Source: Planctomycetota bacterium (GTDB taxonomy: Bacteria; Planctomycetota; Brocadiia; SM23-32). From it: a stretch of 64,000 bases of DNA. The stretch lies in the NCBI GenBank assembly GCA_021161675.1, contig JAGHAF010000077.1, positions 7,404 through 71,403 on the forward strand, given 5' to 3'. Positions 9,818-19,178 of this stretch are shown piece after piece (position 1 is the first letter of the stretch; each line of letters starts with the position of its first letter). Under the pieces are notes generated by a model. The model saw nothing but the letters and a program-made list of their open reading frames with translations. It made no database searches and was not told the DNA's origin. The translations under genes were made by a program, and so were the position numbers.

Positions 9818-10822
9818 CTACGCCTCCAGGACGCTTTCGATGGAAACCGGACGGCCCTCACGAGCGGATTGTGTCACGGCGAAGACCATGGCCAGGCTGC
9901 GCAGGTTGTCCCGTCCGTTTGTTTCGGGTTCCCTTTTTTGCTGTATGGCCCGTTGGAATTCGAAGAGGCTGTACTCCTGACCGCTGGCGGGCATCTTCTG
10001 CATTTCAACTTCCGTATCCTGCTCCGGGTGATCGGCAAAGACCATGTGCACCTGGTCATCGCGCAGCTCCACTATGGCGTCGGGGCATTCGGCCTGCCAA
10101 TAGGCGCCCCAGCTTGTCTCCGGTCCGCGGGCTACCCAGGAGCCGTGGTAGACTACCCGCAGGTCCCCTTCGAATTGAAAGACGGCCACGCAGCATGGAT
10201 CGTGGTCGAACCAGCTCCACCGCGGGCGCCACGTCTCGGCGTAGACGGAGAGCGGCTCCCGACCGGTCAGCGCCCGCATCATGTCGAAGTGGTGGATGCT
10301 CATGTCGTAGACGAGAGGGTGCTCCATCTTAAGCCGGAAGGAACCCTCGAACCGGGGGGCCTTGGCAAAGCGCACAAGGATGTTGTCCGGCGGGCCGAAC
10401 TGCGCGCTGTCGAGCAGGCGCTGTATGGTGCGGATCCAGGGGTGGAAGCGGTAATTCTGGCTCACCATGAGGGTCTTGCCGGCCGTCTCAGCGGCCCCCA
10501 CCATCTGGCGCGCCTGCGCCATACTGTCGGCCAGAGGCTTCTCGGTCAGCACGTGCATGCCGCGCGCGAAGGCCGCCAGCGCCACCTCGTGATGCACGGC
10601 CGGTGGGGTTACGCACAGCACGGCGTCCGCCTCCACCTGCTCGAAGGCCGCGTGGTAATCCGCGTAGCACTTCTCGGCGGGAATATCCGTCAGCCGGCGG
10701 GCCCGATCGAGCGCCTCCTCGTTAATGTCCACCAGGGCGACATGGGATGCGGTGGCATCCGCTACAATCCGCTCGACCCATCCGGCGCCGAAACCGCCGA
10801 CACCTACTTGAATGAACTTCAT
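9818..10822 (-). CDS. Gfo/Idh/MocA family oxidoreductase
   Basis: MKFIQVGVGGFGAGWVERI Rossmann N-terminus; start taken at the MKF ATG (10822). Confidence 0.8.
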   Translation of the reverse strand: MKFIQVGVGGFGAGWVERIVADATASHVALVDINEEALDRARRLTDIPAEKCYADYHAAFEQVEADAVLCVTPPAVHHEVALAAFARGMHVLTEKPLADSMAQARQMVGAAETAGKTLMVSQNYRFHPWIRTIQRLLDSAQFGPPDNILVRFAKAPRFEGSFRLKMEHPLVYDMSIHHFDMMRALTGREPLSVYAETWRPRWSWFDHDPCCVAVFQFEGDLRVVYHGSWVARGPETSWGAYWQAECPDAIVELRDDQVHMVFADHPEQDTEVEMQKMPASGQEYSLFEFQRAIQQKREPETNGRDNLRSLAMVFAVTQSAREGRPVSIESVLEA

Positions 10823-10997
10823 GGCACAGGCTCCTGCCCAAACAGAATACACGGGAAATCAGAAAGACGGGACGGATTCTAAGCCAAAAGCGCCGAGGCC
10901 GTCAAGGCATCCGGCCCATCCAGTTTTCTTGACAGTCGCCACGTCTTGGGATACCCTGAGAACCTGGGACTTCCGGCCACGCAGTAAGGGTAAGCGC

Positions 10998-12350
10998 ATG
11001 AGCACTCGCGATTTGTATGAAAAGGCCCGCCAGGCGGTGGAGCGCAGCAACTATGAATACGCAATCGAGTTGCTGCGCGAGGTGCTGCGGCAGGACCCCG
11101 GTTACCAGGATGCCCGGCTCATCCTGCGCGGCGCAGAACGGCGAATGCTGCGAGAGAATCACAGCGCGGTTCTGAGTGCTATTGGCGTGCCGTTTGCGGT
11201 CTTAAAAACATTGATTGCCCGCCGCTTCAAGAAGGGCAAAGACAGGCTGGAAGTGTACGAAGATTTCCTGGAGAAGCACCCCAATAGCTTCTGGGGACTG
11301 ATGAGTGTCAGCGCCGCCGCCAGGGCGGCGGGGCTGCTGAACGAATCTGTGGAAATGTACAAGGACGCCGTGAAGCAGCGCCCCGAAAGCACACGGGCGC
11401 TGCGGGCCCTGGCCGACGCGCTGAAAGAGGCGGGAGAAGTCGAGGAGGCCCTGAAATATCTGAGCCGCTTGTCCGCCCTCCAGCCCGAGAATCGCGACGT
11501 GCTGGCCGAGATGCGCGACCTGGAAGCGACCGAGCACATGGCCGTTCACCGAATGGAAGATGTCGACTCCTTCCGCGACGTGATCCGCGACAAGGAGGCG
11601 GCCAAGCGATTGGAAGAAGGCCGACGACAGGTTGTAAGCATGGATGACCTGCGCAAGGAGGCCGAACGCATGGAGCAAGAGTTGGTCGAGCACCCCAAAA
11701 GCAGCAGCCGTATAGTGCGGCTGGCCCGGCTCTACCAGGACACCGGCCAGATGAAGAAAGCCGGGGAGTTCCTCAAGGAGAAGCATCGACAGCAGCCCGA
11801 CAACTACGAGATACGGGAAGCGCTCGGAGACCTCCAGCTGGCGATTTACGACCGTGCGTTGCAGACCGTGGAGAATGCCCTGGAAGAAGCCCCGGAGAAC
11901 TCGGAACTGAAGGCCAAGAGGGAGAAGATCCGGCGCGCGAGGGCCAGGTTCGGCGTAAAGGAATATCAGTGGCGCCTCTCCGAGCACCCGACGGACAGCG
12001 CCCATCAGCTCCAGCTCGGGCGTTTCTACCTGGAAGACGGCCAGTACGATGAGGCCATCGGCCTGCTTCAGGACGCCGTCCGGGATTCGCACTCTGTCAT
12101 GGAGGCCCGCCACTACCTCGGGCTCTGCTTCATGGGAAAGAACCAGTATGACCTGGCGCTGGAGCAGTTCAAGCAAGCGCTGGCCGGGCATAGCAAGATG
12201 GATGAGGCGGGCAAGGAGCTGCGTTACCACCAGGCCCAGGCGCACGAGGCCATGGGCAACCGCGAGGAAGCCCTCCGCTTCTACAAACAAATCTACAGTC
12301 AGGACATCCACTTCCGCGACGTCGCGGCTAAGGTGGAAGCGCTTGGCTGA
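10998..12350 (+). CDS. TPR-repeat protein
   Basis: Repeated A/Y/L-rich 34-aa helical repeats (YEYAIELLREVLRQDPGYQDA ..., YKDAVKQRPESTRALRALADAL ...); ATG at 10998 with an AAGGG RBS, avoiding overlap with the convergent gene. Confidence 0.7.
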   Translation: MSTRDLYEKARQAVERSNYEYAIELLREVLRQDPGYQDARLILRGAERRMLRENHSAVLSAIGVPFAVLKTLIARRFKKGKDRLEVYEDFLEKHPNSFWGLMSVSAAARAAGLLNESVEMYKDAVKQRPESTRALRALADALKEAGEVEEALKYLSRLSALQPENRDVLAEMRDLEATEHMAVHRMEDVDSFRDVIRDKEAAKRLEEGRRQVVSMDDLRKEAERMEQELVEHPKSSSRIVRLARLYQDTGQMKKAGEFLKEKHRQQPDNYEIREALGDLQLAIYDRALQTVENALEEAPENSELKAKREKIRRARARFGVKEYQWRLSEHPTDSAHQLQLGRFYLEDGQYDEAIGLLQDAVRDSHSVMEARHYLGLCFMGKNQYDLALEQFKQALAGHSKMDEAGKELRYHQAQAHEAMGNREEALRFYKQIYSQDIHFRDVAAKVEALG

Positions 12351-12392
12351 GCGTCAATTCATACACCTACTCCCAATCGGAAGGAAAAGAGC

Positions 12393-12677
12393 ATGCCCAA
12401 TCGCCCCTCAGCCATGAAACGCTTGAGGCAGGACAAGAAGAAACGCGAGCGTAACAAGGCCATCAAGAGCCGGTTGCGCACCGAACAGAACCGCTTCGAT
12501 CGCATGATGGAGCGCGGCGACCTGCAAGAAGCGGAGCAGCAAGCCAGTCTGCTGACCAAGCTTTTGCAGCGCGCCGCACACAAGAACATCCTCCACGTCA
12601 ACAAGGCTGCCCGCAAGCAGGCCCAGTTTCAGAGTCAGCTCAACGAGCTTCGACAGGTGAAAAGCGCCTCCTCTTGA
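12393..12677 (+). CDS. rpsT: 30S ribosomal protein S20
   Basis: MKRLRQDKKKRERNKAIKSRLRT ... HKNILHVNKAARKQAQFQSQLNEL matches the S20 pattern (AKKR ... N ... S ... HKN ... KAAR ... K). Confidence 0.85.
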   Translation: MPNRPSAMKRLRQDKKKRERNKAIKSRLRTEQNRFDRMMERGDLQEAEQQASLLTKLLQRAAHKNILHVNKAARKQAQFQSQLNELRQVKSASS

Positions 12678-12685
12678 CGACCCGT

Positions 12686-13639
12686 TCAGCCGAAGAGCGG
12701 CGCCTGGTTGGTAGTGGGAGGTGGGATATACTCCTCCACTAGGCGGGCGAAGGCGGCGGCGTCCGGCATCCGGGCGGGGTCGAGGGCGACGGCGCCCCTC
12801 CGCACCAGCTTGCGTTGCGCTCTCTTGTTAGCCTCGCCGCGGGCTCCCCTCACCACAAAGAGCGGCTTTCCAAGCCCGAGCGCATGTGCGCAGCTGTTCC
12901 ACGTTCCACCGCTGTCGCGCGGATCGAAGGCCACCACCGCCCGGCTCAGGGCCACGATTAGCCGGTTGCGGCGCAGCGCCTGCGAGTTCTCCCACCCGTT
13001 GTCCGGCGGAAACTGGCTCAGCACGCACCAGCGCCCCCGCGGGGGACAGTCCGGCCGGAACCACTCCCAGCGAAATCGCACCATGCCCACGGGGGCGATC
13101 ACTGCCGTGGCGCCGGCCTTGAGCGCCGCGCGGCGCCCGGCAGAATCGATGCCGCGCGCCCCCCCGCTGACGACGGTTGCGCCGGCGGCCGCCTGCTCAT
13201 AAGCAAATAAGCCGGCGGCGCCGAGCGCCTCGCGCGAGGGCCGACGTGAGCCCACGACCGCCACACAGCTCCTGGAGAGAATGGACGGGTCTCCCTTGAC
13301 GAAGAGCACAGCCGGGGCGCTCTCGCCCGGCGAGAGCGTGAGTCGCTCCGGCCAGCCGGGCCTTCCCTCGATAAGAGGATAGATGTCCATGCTGCAAAGA
13401 CGATCCACCAGGGAACGGCCCGTTAGAGCCGGCGAGCGCATCGCCGCCACGCAGGCCGCCGCGTCCGGCCGGAGCCCCACCTCCGACTGGAGCTTTCCCT
13501 TCGGCAGACCCAGCACGTCGCGCAGGGAGACCCGCCGCCGCGCCGCCGCCGCCCGCAGGCGAGCAATGCCGCCGGGCCCAACAGGCCCCGCCGCGCTCAG
13601 GGCGAGCAAGGCGAGTTCATCGTCCGTGAAAGCCGCCAT
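12686..13639 (-). CDS. dprA: DNA-processing protein DprA (SMF family)
   Basis: 317 aa; VVSGGARGIDSAGRRAALKAGATAVIAPVG matches the DprA Rossmann GxARGID motif. Confidence 0.6.
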   Translation of the reverse strand: MAAFTDDELALLALSAAGPVGPGGIARLRAAAARRRVSLRDVLGLPKGKLQSEVGLRPDAAACVAAMRSPALTGRSLVDRLCSMDIYPLIEGRPGWPERLTLSPGESAPAVLFVKGDPSILSRSCVAVVGSRRPSREALGAAGLFAYEQAAAGATVVSGGARGIDSAGRRAALKAGATAVIAPVGMVRFRWEWFRPDCPPRGRWCVLSQFPPDNGWENSQALRRNRLIVALSRAVVAFDPRDSGGTWNSCAHALGLGKPLFVVRGARGEANKRAQRKLVRRGAVALDPARMPDAAAFARLVEEYIPPPTTNQAPLFG

Positions 13640-13776
13640 GAGCCAACCCCCAAAAGAAAATCACTGTGATGTACCCGTATAGTATCCTAAAGACGGGTCG
13701 AATGCAAGTGCGCGGCGCCCCCCCACCAGGCCGGCGCAACGCTGGAATCGCAGGGCGAAAGTTAACCACCTGGAGG

Positions 13777-13806
13777 TTGACATCCAACCACCATATTCCC
13801 TATAGT
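13777..13806 (+). promoter_or_regulatory. sigma-70-type promoter (TTGACA-N18-TATAGT) for the EIIA/A-V-ATPase operon
   Basis: TTGACA at 13777-13782 and TATAGT at 13801-13806 seen directly; first ATG with an RBS is at 13857. Confidence 0.5.
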
Positions 13807-13856
13807 GCGTGAATTGTGAACGGCGTGTCGAATTCCTCATCGGCGAGAAAGATGGC

Positions 13857-14318
13857 ATGGATTTGAGCGTTCTTATTAGGGAAGAAACTGTAAAAATACC
13901 GCTGGAAGCGGTGGACAAGGAAGAGGCCATCGCCGAGCTGCTGGAACTGCTTGTGCGGGCCGGGCGCATCGAAGACAGGGAAGGCGCGCTTGACGCCCTC
14001 TATGAACGCGAAGAAAAGGGCACAACCGGCATCGGCGGCGGCGTGGCTATCCCACACGCCAAGCGACCCGACGTGCAGGGGGTCGAGCTGGCCGTGGGCG
14101 TAAGCCCCGAAGGCATTGATTTCGACGCTGCCGACGGGGAACTGGTCTACCTGGTGTTCCTGGTTGTGGCGGAGGCGCACAACCCGGGCCCCAACGTGGA
14201 AGCGCTGGCGGACATCGGCCACCTGATGCAACTGCCCGGCGTCTACGAAGAGATGCTCGCGGCCCGGGACTGCCAGGGATTGATCACAGCTATTCAGCGC
14301 CTCCAGGTGGAACTGTGA
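13857..14318 (+). CDS. PTS EIIA type-2 domain protein (PtsN / IIA-Ntr-like)
   Basis: EEAIAELLELLVRAGRIEDREGALDALYEREEKGTTGIGGGVAIPHAKRPDV is the PTS_EIIA_2 signature with the phospho-acceptor His; stop overlaps the next gene start (ATGA). Confidence 0.75.
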   Translation: MDLSVLIREETVKIPLEAVDKEEAIAELLELLVRAGRIEDREGALDALYEREEKGTTGIGGGVAIPHAKRPDVQGVELAVGVSPEGIDFDAADGELVYLVFLVVAEAHNPGPNVEALADIGHLMQLPGVYEEMLAARDCQGLITAIQRLQVEL

Positions 14319-14644
14319 GCGACGTCATACACAAGGTGCTGGAGATCGAAAAAGAGGCGCACCGCAAGATCGCACAGGCTGAAAAAGAGGCGGCCGCCAT
14401 CGAGGACAAAGCGCGCGCAGAGGCCCGCAGGATCGTCACCGAAGGCCGTCAGAGGGCCGCCAAAGAGGCCGAACAGCTCATCGCCGACAAGATACAACAG
14501 TGCCGCCAGCAGATGGATGCCCGCCTGAGCGAGCAGCGCGAACAGCTCCCGTCCATCCGCGACATAGCCGAAGACGTCAGAGGCGAGGCCGTTGACCTGG
14601 TGGTCAAAATGGTGGCCCCGCCCGCGCCGGAGAAGGGGGATTAG
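14315..14644 (+). CDS. A/V-type ATP synthase subunit H (G-like peripheral stalk)
   Basis: 109-aa Ala/Glu/Arg/Lys-rich coiled-coil protein (KEAAAIEDKARAEARRIV ...) at the head of the A-ATPase operon. Confidence 0.55.
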   Translation: MSDVIHKVLEIEKEAHRKIAQAEKEAAAIEDKARAEARRIVTEGRQRAAKEAEQLIADKIQQCRQQMDARLSEQREQLPSIRDIAEDVRGEAVDLVVKMVAPPAPEKGD

Positions 14645-14667
14645 CCCGCGTACTTGACGTCAAGTCT

Positions 14668-15762
14668 TTGCAAAGCAGGCGTGAGCCTATGACTGTGACT
14701 GCATCGGCGCAAATCGAGAACGCAGGGCTCGGCCACATCCCGGCCGAGTTCCTGAGCGCGAAGCTGAGGGGGCGCCGCAGTCGTCTCTATGAAGGCGAGC
14801 GGCTGGTGGCGCTGGCCTCGCTCTCGAGCGTCGCCGAGCTGGGCGCATCGCTTTTCCCGCACGACGAGGAGATACGGGGAGCGTTCGAGTTGGAACAGCG
14901 CCTGACGGCGGCATGCGTCCAGGAGCTGGCCTTCTTCTTGCGCTATCTTTCTGGCGCTCAAGAGGCGCTCTACAGGGCGCTGCTGGACCGCTACCCGCTG
15001 GAGAACATCAAAACGCTCCTGCGTCTGCTGGGGCGCCAGGACGCCGGCGCCCGCGCCGAACGGTTGTTGATTACGCTACCGCCCGAGCTTTCGATGCCTG
15101 TGGAAGATCTCGTGCGGGCCACCAGCGTCGAAGAGTTCGTCCGCCGAATACCGCTCAAAAACGCCCGCAGCCGCGCTATAGCCGCCCTCCCGCTCTATGA
15201 ACGGGCGCAGCAGACGGCCTTCCTGGAAATGGCGCTGGATCGCGGATATTGGGAAGGAGTCTGGCAGGCGATGGGATCGCTCTGGCCGGGGGACCGCAAG
15301 GCATGTTCGGCGCCCATCACGTGCGAGTATGACGCCCTGCGGCTGGTGGCGGTGCTGCGCGCCGCCAGGACTTACGGATTGGATTGGGAGATACTGGAAC
15401 AGGCGCTGCCGCTGGCGCATGGCAGGTTGAGCAAAGCGCGACTGCGCAGGTTTCATGAGAAGTCTGATCCCGATGAGCTGCGCCGAAGCCTGCCTGCCCT
15501 CAGACGCGCGCCGGTCGCCCTGGAGGCGGAGGAGGAGGACGAATCGGTCAGCCACATCGAGGATATTCTCTGGCGGGAGACTCTGCGCGCGGCGGTCCAA
15601 GCGTTCCACTCGGCCGCGCCCGGTTCTGGGAGCCTTGGCGCGCTGACCGGCTATTATTACCTGAAACGCCACGAGCTGCGGCAGCTTACGATGATTGCCC
15701 AGATGATCCGCACGGGCAGGGGGCAGCGTGAGGTCGTGCAGGCGCTTGAGGTCTTGCTGTGA
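14668..15762 (+). CDS. A/V-type ATP synthase subunit C (d)
   Basis: 364-aa soluble protein sitting between the H-like and I genes, the position of atpC/d; size is typical. Confidence 0.55.
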   Translation: MQSRREPMTVTASAQIENAGLGHIPAEFLSAKLRGRRSRLYEGERLVALASLSSVAELGASLFPHDEEIRGAFELEQRLTAACVQELAFFLRYLSGAQEALYRALLDRYPLENIKTLLRLLGRQDAGARAERLLITLPPELSMPVEDLVRATSVEEFVRRIPLKNARSRAIAALPLYERAQQTAFLEMALDRGYWEGVWQAMGSLWPGDRKACSAPITCEYDALRLVAVLRAARTYGLDWEILEQALPLAHGRLSKARLRRFHEKSDPDELRRSLPALRRAPVALEAEEEDESVSHIEDILWRETLRAAVQAFHSAAPGSGSLGALTGYYYLKRHELRQLTMIAQMIRTGRGQREVVQALEVLL

Positions 15763-15790
15763 CACTGCTAACGCGGAGAACATAGCAGAG

Positions 15791-17800
15791 ATGCTCAGCC
15801 CGCTCGAGATGAGGAAGGTCAATATCTTCGTGCTGGGGCGCGAGGAGGAGCGAGTCGCCAGGGCTCTAGGCGCCATGGGCATCGTGCACTTGCGAAGCAG
15901 CGTCGAGGAGAGTGGAGGGGTGCTGTCCCCCAAAGACCTGGAAGGGGAACTCTCCAATTATCAGAGCCTGTTGGAGCGGATCGAACGGCTCCAGGAGGCG
16001 CTCGGGCTCCAGGTCCGAGCCAATGGCGCCCTCTGGCAGCGGGAACTGCCCGCCATGGGCGAGGTCGAGCAACTGGTCGAAGCGCTGGAGGGAAAGACCA
16101 GCGAGCGGCGGGAAGAGCTGGCCAAGGTCCGCGAGGCCCTGGACGAGACCAGGGACCTGGTCGAATGGCTCCAGCCCTACAAGGAGATGGAATCGTCCCT
16201 GAAACAGCTCGAAGACTCGGACTTTCTGGCCGTCACCGCCGGCAAGGCCACCGCCGCAGAGCTGGACCTGCTGAGGGCAAATGCCCCGCGCGGCGTCATG
16301 ATTGTGCCGCTGGGGCCTGAACCGGCTCCGGGACGCCCCCGGACCGCGCTGATCATCTGCGGGCGGCGCCGGCGCTTCGCCGTGCAAACCGTGCTGGGGG
16401 AGCACGAATTCGAACAGACGGACATCCCCGCCTGGGACGAGCGAACCCCGGCTGACGTCTACGCCGAGACGCTCGGCAAGGCCAGCGCGCTCGGCGAACG
16501 TGCCCGGGCGCTGGAGCAGGCGCTCCAAGATGTGGGAGAGGCATGCGAGGAGACACTCGGTCTCGCCCGGACGGCGGTGTTGATGCAGAGCGAGCTGTGC
16601 CGCGCCCGGCGCTATTTCGGCGCCACCTGGGCCACCACCCTCATATCGGGATGGGTCCCCGCGACGAAGACGCGCCAGTTGCACGAGCGCCTGCGCGAAC
16701 TCACCGGAGGGCGGTGTGTGGTGAGGGTCTCCGCGCCGACCGATGAGGAAATCGAGCGGGACCAGGTTCCGACCGAGGTGAAGCATTCGCCCCTGCTGGC
16801 CCCTTTCGAGCGTCTTGTGCAGGGCTTCGACGTGCCTTCCTATGCGGAGATCGAGCCGACGCTGCTGTTTGCCATCAGCTTCCTGCTGATGTTCGGGCTG
16901 ATGTTCGGGGACCTGGGACACGGGCTGTGTCTCGTGGTGGTGGGGCTGCTGGTGAAGCGGCGTGCGGCGAGGGCGCCGGTGCGGGACATCGGGCACGTCA
17001 TCTTGATCGCCGGCGTGGCCAGTGCACTGTTCGGGACTTTTTTTCAGGGCTCTTTTTTCGGCAAATCCCTTCTAAAATGGGGATTCCCCCTGAGCCTGGG
17101 GCTGGAGCCGATGCGCTTCGAGGGAGGGGACGCCGGCGGCCAGGTAACGAGATACATGTTGCTGGCGGTCGGCGTGGGAGTGGCGCTGATCAGCCTGGGC
17201 GCCGTGCTCAATATCATTAACCGCCTGCGACGGGGCGATGTGGCGGAGGGCCTGCTGGGGCGGTTCGGCGTGGTGGGGGTCATGTTCTACTGGGGCGGGC
17301 TGGCCTGGATGATCAAGCTCCTGCTCGCCGGATCCGGCAGGAGCGATCCCTGGATCGTATTGCCGGCGATTGCGCTGCCGTTGCTGATACTGATGGCGCA
17401 TCGGCCGGTCCGGGCGCTCCTGGGCAGAGGAAAGGGTGAAGAGGGCGACTTGATGATGGGCCTGTTCCACGGTCTGATAGAAGGTATGGAAACGGTGATG
17501 GTCTACCTGGCCAATACGTTCAGCTTTCTGCGTGTGGCGGCCTTCGCCTTGAGCCATGCGGCGCTGTGCTTTACAATCTTCGTCCTGATCGGGCTTGTGA
17601 ACGCGCTTCCCGGGGGGATAATCTGGTCTGCTATTGTGTTCGCCATCGGCACGGCGGTCCTGATCGCCCTGGAGGGGTTGATCGTTACCATCCAGATACT
17701 GCGGCTTGAGTATTACGAGTTTTTCACCAAGTTCTTCCACGGGCAGGGAGTTCGCTACGACCCGTTCCGGTGGAAGTTAGAAGACAGGTTGGAGAGTTGA
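15791..17800 (+). CDS. A/V-type ATP synthase subunit I (a)
   Basis: About 670 aa with a soluble N-terminal half and a polytopic C-terminal half (SFLRVAAFALSHAALCFTIFVL with the conserved Arg region); ATG at 15791. Confidence 0.8.
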   Translation: MLSPLEMRKVNIFVLGREEERVARALGAMGIVHLRSSVEESGGVLSPKDLEGELSNYQSLLERIERLQEALGLQVRANGALWQRELPAMGEVEQLVEALEGKTSERREELAKVREALDETRDLVEWLQPYKEMESSLKQLEDSDFLAVTAGKATAAELDLLRANAPRGVMIVPLGPEPAPGRPRTALIICGRRRRFAVQTVLGEHEFEQTDIPAWDERTPADVYAETLGKASALGERARALEQALQDVGEACEETLGLARTAVLMQSELCRARRYFGATWATTLISGWVPATKTRQLHERLRELTGGRCVVRVSAPTDEEIERDQVPTEVKHSPLLAPFERLVQGFDVPSYAEIEPTLLFAISFLLMFGLMFGDLGHGLCLVVVGLLVKRRAARAPVRDIGHVILIAGVASALFGTFFQGSFFGKSLLKWGFPLSLGLEPMRFEGGDAGGQVTRYMLLAVGVGVALISLGAVLNIINRLRRGDVAEGLLGRFGVVGVMFYWGGLAWMIKLLLAGSGRSDPWIVLPAIALPLLILMAHRPVRALLGRGKGEEGDLMMGLFHGLIEGMETVMVYLANTFSFLRVAAFALSHAALCFTIFVLIGLVNALPGGIIWSAIVFAIGTAVLIALEGLIVTIQILRLEYYEFFTKFFHGQGVRYDPFRWKLEDRLES

Positions 17801-17829
17801 CAGAAAGCACTTAGCACTGGGGAGGACGT

Positions 17830-18198
17830 ATGAGCATGAAGAGGAAATACATCCAGCATGTCCTGATGTTGACGCTGCTCTTAGCGGCGTTTTGCCTGAC
17901 CACAGGCGTGGGCCTGGCGGCGGCGTTTGGCCAGGAAGAAGGGACCAGCCGTGAGGCGGGACAACTCGTAGGGCAGCAAACCGCGGTGCGGTGGGATATC
18001 TCCGTGGCCATCTCCATAGCCATAGGCGTTCCGTGCCTGGCCGCCGGTTACGCCGTCGGCAAGGTAGGCGCTGCGGCGCTGGGCGCGGCCAGTGAGAAGC
18101 CGGAGTTGCTCACCCGGAGCCTGGTGCTTGTCGCACTGGCCGAGGGAATCGCCATCTACGGGCTGTTGGTGGCGGTTCTGCTGTATCTGAAGATGTAA
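17830..18198 (+). CDS. A/V-type ATP synthase subunit K (c proteolipid)
   Basis: 122-aa hydrophobic hairpin protein with a Gly/Ala-rich helix and a conserved acidic residue in LVALAEGIAIYGLLVAVLL. Confidence 0.75.
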   Translation: MSMKRKYIQHVLMLTLLLAAFCLTTGVGLAAAFGQEEGTSREAGQLVGQQTAVRWDISVAISIAIGVPCLAAGYAVGKVGAAALGAASEKPELLTRSLVLVALAEGIAIYGLLVAVLLYLKM

Positions 18199-18212
18199 AG
18201 GCGGGACACGAA

Positions 18213-18518
18213 ATGGGTTTTTACGTAGTGGCTGACGAGGATACCGTGGCGGGATTCCGTTGCGCTGGCATCCCCGGGGTGGTGGTTGAAGGCCCTTCCG
18301 AGGCGGCTGAGGAACTGGAGCGCCTGCGCCAGGAAGGCGGACAGGACATCCTCATTACCACCGAGCAGATCGCCAATTCCATCCGGGACATCGTCCAGGA
18401 CATCCGCTACGGCGGCGCTTTCCCCCTGATCGTGGAGATTCCCGGGCCGGAGGGTCCCGGTGAGGCGAGCCCTTCCCTGATGAAGATGATCCGGGAAGCT
18501 GTAGGTATCCGACTCTGA
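18213..18518 (+). CDS. A/V-type ATP synthase subunit F
   Basis: 101 aa; N-terminus MGFYVVADEDTVAGFRCAGIPGVVV is typical of V-ATPase subunit F. Confidence 0.7.
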   Translation: MGFYVVADEDTVAGFRCAGIPGVVVEGPSEAAEELERLRQEGGQDILITTEQIANSIRDIVQDIRYGGAFPLIVEIPGPEGPGEASPSLMKMIREAVGIRL

Positions 18519-18536
18519 CTGCGGCGGGCGCCATAG

Positions 18537-19178
18537 ATGAGTGAAGAAGACTTGCTCGAACAAGAGATAATGTCCGACGCCCAGAAACGGGTCGAACGGA
18601 CGATCAAACGCGCGCAAGCGCAAGCCGACGCCGTCCGGCAGGCCGCACGCGAGGAGGCTGAGGCGCATCGCGAAGCCATTATGGAAAAAGCCCGCGTGCG
18701 GGCGGAGGAGGAGGCCCGCTCCATCCAGGCCCGCACCGAGCAAGAGCTGGAAAAGGATCAACTCCGCGCCATCCAGGATGTGCTGGGGCATATCCGGGAC
18801 GAAGCGTGGCGTCGCATCGAACGGCTCCCCGGCGAGGAGCAATACGGAGGGGTGCTCGTGCGCCTGGCCCTAAGGGCCATCGAGAACATGCGTGGCGATA
18901 AGTTCCAGATACTGCTCAGCGAAGATGATCGCACCAGGTGGGGCGCGCGGCTCCCGGGCCAGATCGCGGACGCCGTAAAGAGAGAGCGCGGACGCGAGGT
19001 CGAAGTCGAACTGTCGGATGAGAAACTGGATGCCCGGGGCGGTCTGGTCGTACGGAGCGCCGACGGAAGGCAGCTCGCCGACCAGACGTTCCCACGTCGC
19101 CTGGAGCGCCTGTGGGACCAGTTGCGCGTGGAATTAGCGGGGATGCTGCCTGATTCCTGGGAGCGACACCATGAATGA
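18537..19178 (+). CDS. A/V-type ATP synthase subunit E
   Basis: 213 aa; charged coiled-coil N-terminal half plus a globular C-terminal half; operon position. Confidence 0.7.
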   Translation: MSEEDLLEQEIMSDAQKRVERTIKRAQAQADAVRQAAREEAEAHREAIMEKARVRAEEEARSIQARTEQELEKDQLRAIQDVLGHIRDEAWRRIERLPGEEQYGGVLVRLALRAIENMRGDKFQILLSEDDRTRWGARLPGQIADAVKRERGREVEVELSDEKLDARGGLVVRSADGRQLADQTFPRRLERLWDQLRVELAGMLPDSWERHHE